A DNA stretch of 12,975 bases, taken from assembly GCA_001179505.1 (NCBI GenBank), contig CDMY01000886.1:1-12975 (forward strand), given 5' to 3'. Origin of the DNA: Vitrella brassicaformis CCMP3155. Its lineage: Eukaryota > Protista > Chromerida. Below are positions 9,100 through 12,975 of the stretch, piece after piece. The translations under genes and the position numbers were made by a program. Numbering within the stretch: the first letter of the stretch is position 1; every line of letters begins with the position of its first letter. The notes under the pieces were generated by a model that was given only the letters and a program-made list of their open reading frames with translations, searched no databases and was not told the origin of the DNA.

Positions 9100-11414
9100 T
9101 CAGCACGTCTCACTTCACACGACGCCCAGACACATACGCCAGTCATGTAAGTGCAGTAATGAGTTGAGTGAGGCGACTACCTGTTCCATCGCATGATCAG
9201 TGACCATTCTTCCATACTGCTCACTGTGGACGGCTGGCCGTCCTGGAAGGTCTGCCCTCGGTCTTCCTGAAAATACCGAGGGTCGGCATTGCCAAACAAA
9301 ACAGGAAACCTGCGACAATGCCGAGACACCAGAAAGAAGAAGACGTCTTTTCTGCAATTGATGAGCGATCTTCACTACACCTGTGAGGGTTGCACTTGAC
9401 GAACCATGGCAGTTCTCTCCGTTTTAATTTATCATACTTCTCACCCAGCTGATTGAGACATACAGCGGTCGGGGGCTCTACATTATGGCACAATGGCATA
9501 CTCACCTCATGTTTTCGCTCATATCGTCCTTTGTTAAGAAACTGTCGCGAATACCCCTCTGTGTACAGTCTCCTCTGCGCCCACACCAGTCGAGCCGCCA
9601 TCTCATTGAACAGCGCTCGAGGCGGCTTCCATGACGGGCTTCTAGCTGTAGCCAAATTGGCAAGGCGAAGAGCCTCCAAGTCACGCAGGCCAGTGTCTGA
9701 CATGATGCTTCTGATGAGCTATTGGGAGACATTCATGTGTCTGCTCACCTGAAAGCGGTTTGTTGAGATTGGCTTGCAAGTCGGACGGGAGCTCATCAGG
9801 CGGATCTCCAAAGAGAGCATCGGCCATGCACGACTCGCTGCGCAAGATGCGACCCCTGCTGTCACCATAAGACGAATCTGAGATCGAACACAGCGCATAC
9901 GTGAGAATGGTTGGCATTATCGCCCATACATTTGACGAAAAGGAACGGGATGAAGTTGTAGTCTGTAATGTGCCAGCTGCAATGGAAAGAAAGGGGCTAT
10001 AGTCAAGCATCTGAACGGTACGTCTTCATACCCTCCGTAGAGCTTCGGCTGCACTTGTCGGCGGTAGAAGTACATTCGGCGGCTCCTGACCATCTCAAAA
10101 GGCTGCAAGAGAGAACACTCGACCGGAACTGGAATGTCTCAGTACCGTTCCTACCACTAGCATGCCTCGAGGGGCTGACGCATGTGGAAGACGGGAGATG
10201 AGAGGCCGCATATCCATCATTTTGGTGAAGACGATGTTAAAGTTGCCTGCCCAGCTGATGAGAACAAGTGCAGCATCCTGAAGAGGTTTGGTCAGCTCAC
10301 AGTGCTTGACCAGCTTCATCACTTCCCCGGCAGGAATCTTCCAGAGGGCACAAAGAGACATGGTCAATGACCGTCAACTGTGTCTGTCATGGCACCTCAT
10401 CTGGATCGCTCATGAAGACTAGGTCTTCGGGGAGGCTGACATACTTGTGATCCATTTCCTCGTTGAGCTGCAGAAACCTCTTCACGATCTCGTTACGGGC
10501 CCACATCTGTGGTTCCCAGCAGTCCTGGCCGTCTTCTTGACAAGCCTTGCTGTTCTCATATTTTCTGCGCATCACTGATTCCGGCAGCTCTATTGAGATG
10601 ATTCGATCTCGCAAGTCACCAAACCTGATAACAGCCATCCAATCACCCATCGATGACGTGCCATCTATCGTCTGTTTGACCATTCAGGGTCTTGCAGCGC
10701 CCGGGTCATCAAGAGAGGCTTCGAACGCCCTGTGGAAGTCATCCGACTTTCGCCAACGACAAACCAGTCGACTGCGTGGCGCAACTCGTTGAAGCGCACC
10801 TCCGCCGTATCTGAGTGTGAACAGTAGAATCGGATCCATTCGCCCACACACAGACAGAATCTCACCCAGGTCAAAGCCAAAGTAAAACATATCGACCATT
10901 TTCCGCGGTCTGTCCAATCGTTTGCCCGACAGGAGCCCGGTGTGCCTGTCATTTGCTGTGCAGTCATCGTCGCGTAGTTCAGTGTAGCTCGATGGAGCCG
11001 CACACGTGACGTTGATGGGCACGGCAGGGGCGGACAAAACGTACGTGGACAAAGCGTCGATAACTCTTTGTCGCATTTCTGCAGACAAACAGTGTAGTTT
11101 CCATTTGACGACACACGGCACAGGCCTTTTGCAATCTTACGTCTCGGTGCGTTGGGCTGGCTGGGATGCTTGGGGACGTCACCGAAGTCGAAGGCCATAA
11201 GGGCGCCAACTAGTGAAGGGACGAAAAAAGCAGATGCTGCACTTGTTGGCGACGTTTCATCAGTGGCAAGGGACCTAAAAGACACGATTGGCGTTTGCGT
11301 GCGGAGAAGGGACAGGAGAGAAGTGTTAGCAAGGAGCAGTAAGACTGCCATAATCGTCAGGAAAGCAGTCATGGTAAGGACACGGGGGGATGAGGAAAGC
11401 CTCGGGATTGCCAT
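9100..11414 (-). CDS. Glycosyltransferase family 17 (beta-1,4-mannosyl-glycoprotein GlcNAc-transferase, GnT-III/MGAT3-like), multi-exon type II membrane protein; both ends uncertain
   Basis: An N-terminal signal anchor (MTAFLTIMAVLLLLANT) is present. Splicing intron 10865-10811 gives RKMVDMFYFGFDL|DTAEVRFNELRHAVDWFVVGESRMTSTGRSKPLL. Further motifs are W..QMWARNEI, DLVFMSDPDE|IP..VMKLVKHC (DxD-like) and ELPWFVKCNPH|RFPVLF, all typical of GT17. Confidence 0.82.
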
Positions 11415-11663
11415 CTGAGAATCGGTGGCCGTCCGTGTAACTCACGAGTGAATGTATGAAGAAGGGGTGAAAGAAAAGTGTTAGCAAGGAGGAGTAAGAG
11501 AGCCAGGAGAGTGAAGGAAGCAGTGAGAATAAGTAAGCGAGGGACTCCAGAGAATGCAGTTGAAGCCGCCATAACAATTCAGGAACCGAATGACGTGTGG
11601 TACACAGCCGGGTACAGTTAGCAAGAAGGAGTAAGACTGCCAGAGTCGTTGGGAAAGCAGTCA
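11324..11663 (-). repeat. Three imperfect copies of a 48-bp core (11324-11371, 11479-11526, 11616-11663), each encoding a hydrophobic signal-anchor helix
   Basis: All share GTTAGCAAG.AG.AGTAAGA..GCCA......GAAGCAGT.A-like sequence and translate as MTAFLTIMAVLLLLANT, LTASFTLLALLLLLANT and (M/V)TAFPTTLAVLLLLANC. Confidence 0.85.
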
Positions 11664-11794
11664 CGAAAATTAAACGGGGAGCGTTGGTGCAGAGAATTTG
11701 GGCGTCAAAAAACTGTTGCCCTTCCTTGATACGAAGTGATGCTTACACGAACTTCGTCACCCATTCTACTTAAGCGGCCGAGGAGAGTGATAAG

Positions 11795-12118
11795 TTGGCG
11801 ATCACGAGATACAACAATATGCACAATATGCACAACTTGTCTGTTCGCATTCTGGCTGAGGCAGATGTTCCTTCAAATGTGAAGGTGTCTCTGCACAGCC
11901 TCGGCATCACCCCAGCCGACGACAACCCCAACAACCAGCGGATGGACATCCACGGCGTGATCGACGGCATTGACTACTTGCTCGGTGTCTCACCATCGCC
12001 CACCTGCCGCCCTGACAACTCCCCCATCCCCTTCCACCGGACACTCAATCGGCGGAGTGCACAACTCCCGGGTGGCAAGACGGTGCAGCTTGGAGAGAAA
12101 GACAAGATCGAGAAGTAA
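11795..12118 (+). mobile_element. Degenerate restriction-like endonuclease (PD-(D/E)xK) C-terminal fragment of a CRE-like non-LTR retrotransposon
   Basis: ITRYNNMHN(dup)LSVRILAEA...QRMDIHGVIDGIDYLLGVSP...RRSAQLPGGKTVQLGEKDKIEK* matches the RLE pattern RHN..V..L...RMD....LLDVT..P...A...G.A...E..K..KY. Lesions are H to Y, D to G, Y to stop, and a 9-nt tandem duplication at 11815-11832. Confidence 0.7.
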
Positions 12119-12302
12119 GCATGAGGTGAATTCATGCTTTCTGGCATGTACTCGCGCGTGCAAGGCCCCACTTTGCCTGTCTTCCCCTCTCCCCAGCACA
12201 ACGAGTCTTCAGACGGCTTTCCAACTGCGATTTGCACCAACGTGCGACTGCCATATTGTCTCCTACCTATGAACATTGATCCATTGAAGCTTGTTTTTTG
12301 AA

Positions 12303-12332
12303 GCCCCCTCCCTCATTCAAGGGGGAGGGGGC
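12303..12332 (+). other. Stem-loop with a 10-bp perfect stem
   Basis: GCCCCCTCCC-TCATTCAAGG-GGGAGGGGGC. Confidence 0.8.
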
Positions 12333-12550
12333 GACATTGCATGGTCCGCAAAGACATCTGACTTCACACGATGTGCATTGACTGCAATCACCCATCAAAA
12401 ACAGTCGATTCTCGGTTTCTGGACCAGTCCTACCGCTAATGACTGAGTCCTCTTCATCCGCTCCCCGAAATACAGTCAAATCGTTGTGGCTCTTGCATCC
12501 TCCCTTTCACGAGCTACCCTAAAGCTCAGCCCGTAATTCGCTTTCTTGGC

Positions 12551-12584
12551 AAACGGACTTCTTCTCAGCGTGAAACGGACTTCT
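12551..12584 (+). repeat. 12-bp direct repeat AAACGGACTTCT x2 (22-bp period)
   Basis: Copies at 12551-12562 and 12573-12584. Confidence 0.85.
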
Positions 12585-12975
12585 GTGCTATGTGAACTCA
12601 TCGGATGCCTCAGATGACTCAGCTGACCATCCTGTGAGTCACCAATGGGCCTTTGCTGCCTTTCAAGCGCGAAGCCACTGCTCTTCCGTTCATGTCATCG
12701 TGGCTCAAGCTCGGTCACGCACTGCCAGGTCGCTTTTTCGTCGCAAAATCGAGAATGCTTCATCTCAGAAGATGACAATCAAAATGTCTGTCTTTCTCCG
12801 TGGAGTCACTCTTTCATTTTTCCGCTCTTTCACAGAGGGGTGCTTCATGTGTTTTGCGGTCATTTTGAGCCATGAAATGGTCGCTTTGGATGGCTGATGA
12901 GTGAGTGATTGGTTTATGCGGTTCATTTTGCTCGTGAATGGAGTGATCGGGATGGGCTGATTCTTGACAGAACAT

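Noticed and set aside
11324-11663. CRISPR-like repeat-spacer appearance of the three 48-bp copies
   Set aside because: The repeats are divergent and protein-coding, the spacers are 89-107 nt, the context is eukaryotic, and there are no cas genes.
11728-11760. loxP-like arms: ATACGAAGTGAT...GAACTTCGT (7-bp inverted repeat ACGAAGT/ACTTCGT)
   Set aside because: The arms are in the reverse order to loxP, are mismatched, and have the wrong spacer length; no recombinase is nearby. Probably chance.
2147-11812. RIP-like CpA to TpA signature (OTU Cys to Tyr, RPYK, RHN to RYN, stop near 5717)
   Set aside because: Only four sites, all with guessed ancestral states, and the GH97 substitutions do not follow the pattern. 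An alignment of copies would be needed.
12480-12975. ORFs 12592-12897 and 12645-12875
   Set aside because: No recognisable motif, no ATG-supported coherent model and no splice pattern; treated as non-coding.

Overview
Eukaryotic genomic DNA with many short (about 50-90 nt) GT-AG introns, no prokaryotic operon and no RNA gene I can support. The intron style, microsatellites and AAACCCTAA boxes suggest an intron-rich protist such as a chromerid like Vitrella (inference only). Left to right: (1) the N-terminal flank of a CRE-like non-LTR retrotransposon reverse transcriptase on the minus strand (1-505, running off the left edge); (2) a long, partly decayed multi-exon minus-strand gene (about 6770 to 510) with a hydrophobic N-terminus, repeated WNxLMHxxxGN motifs, a Cys-rich segment, Pro-rich linkers, a degenerate OTU-like domain, an acidic/Gln-rich linker and an intact RING-H2 finger, which can be spliced by canonical phase-0 introns into the RT frame; (3) a boundary with telo-box repeats and a 13-bp hairpin (7117-7365); (4) an intronless, frameshifted, bacterial-type GH97 glycosidase fragment (7613-8454) with excision-footprint-like scars; (5) a spliced GT17 (GnT-III/MGAT3-like) glycosyltransferase gene on the minus strand (about 11414 to 9100) with a triplicated signal-anchor segment; (6) a degenerate restriction-like endonuclease fragment of another CRE-like element on the plus strand (11795-12118). 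All family calls come from manual motif recognition and manual splicing; no database search was run.
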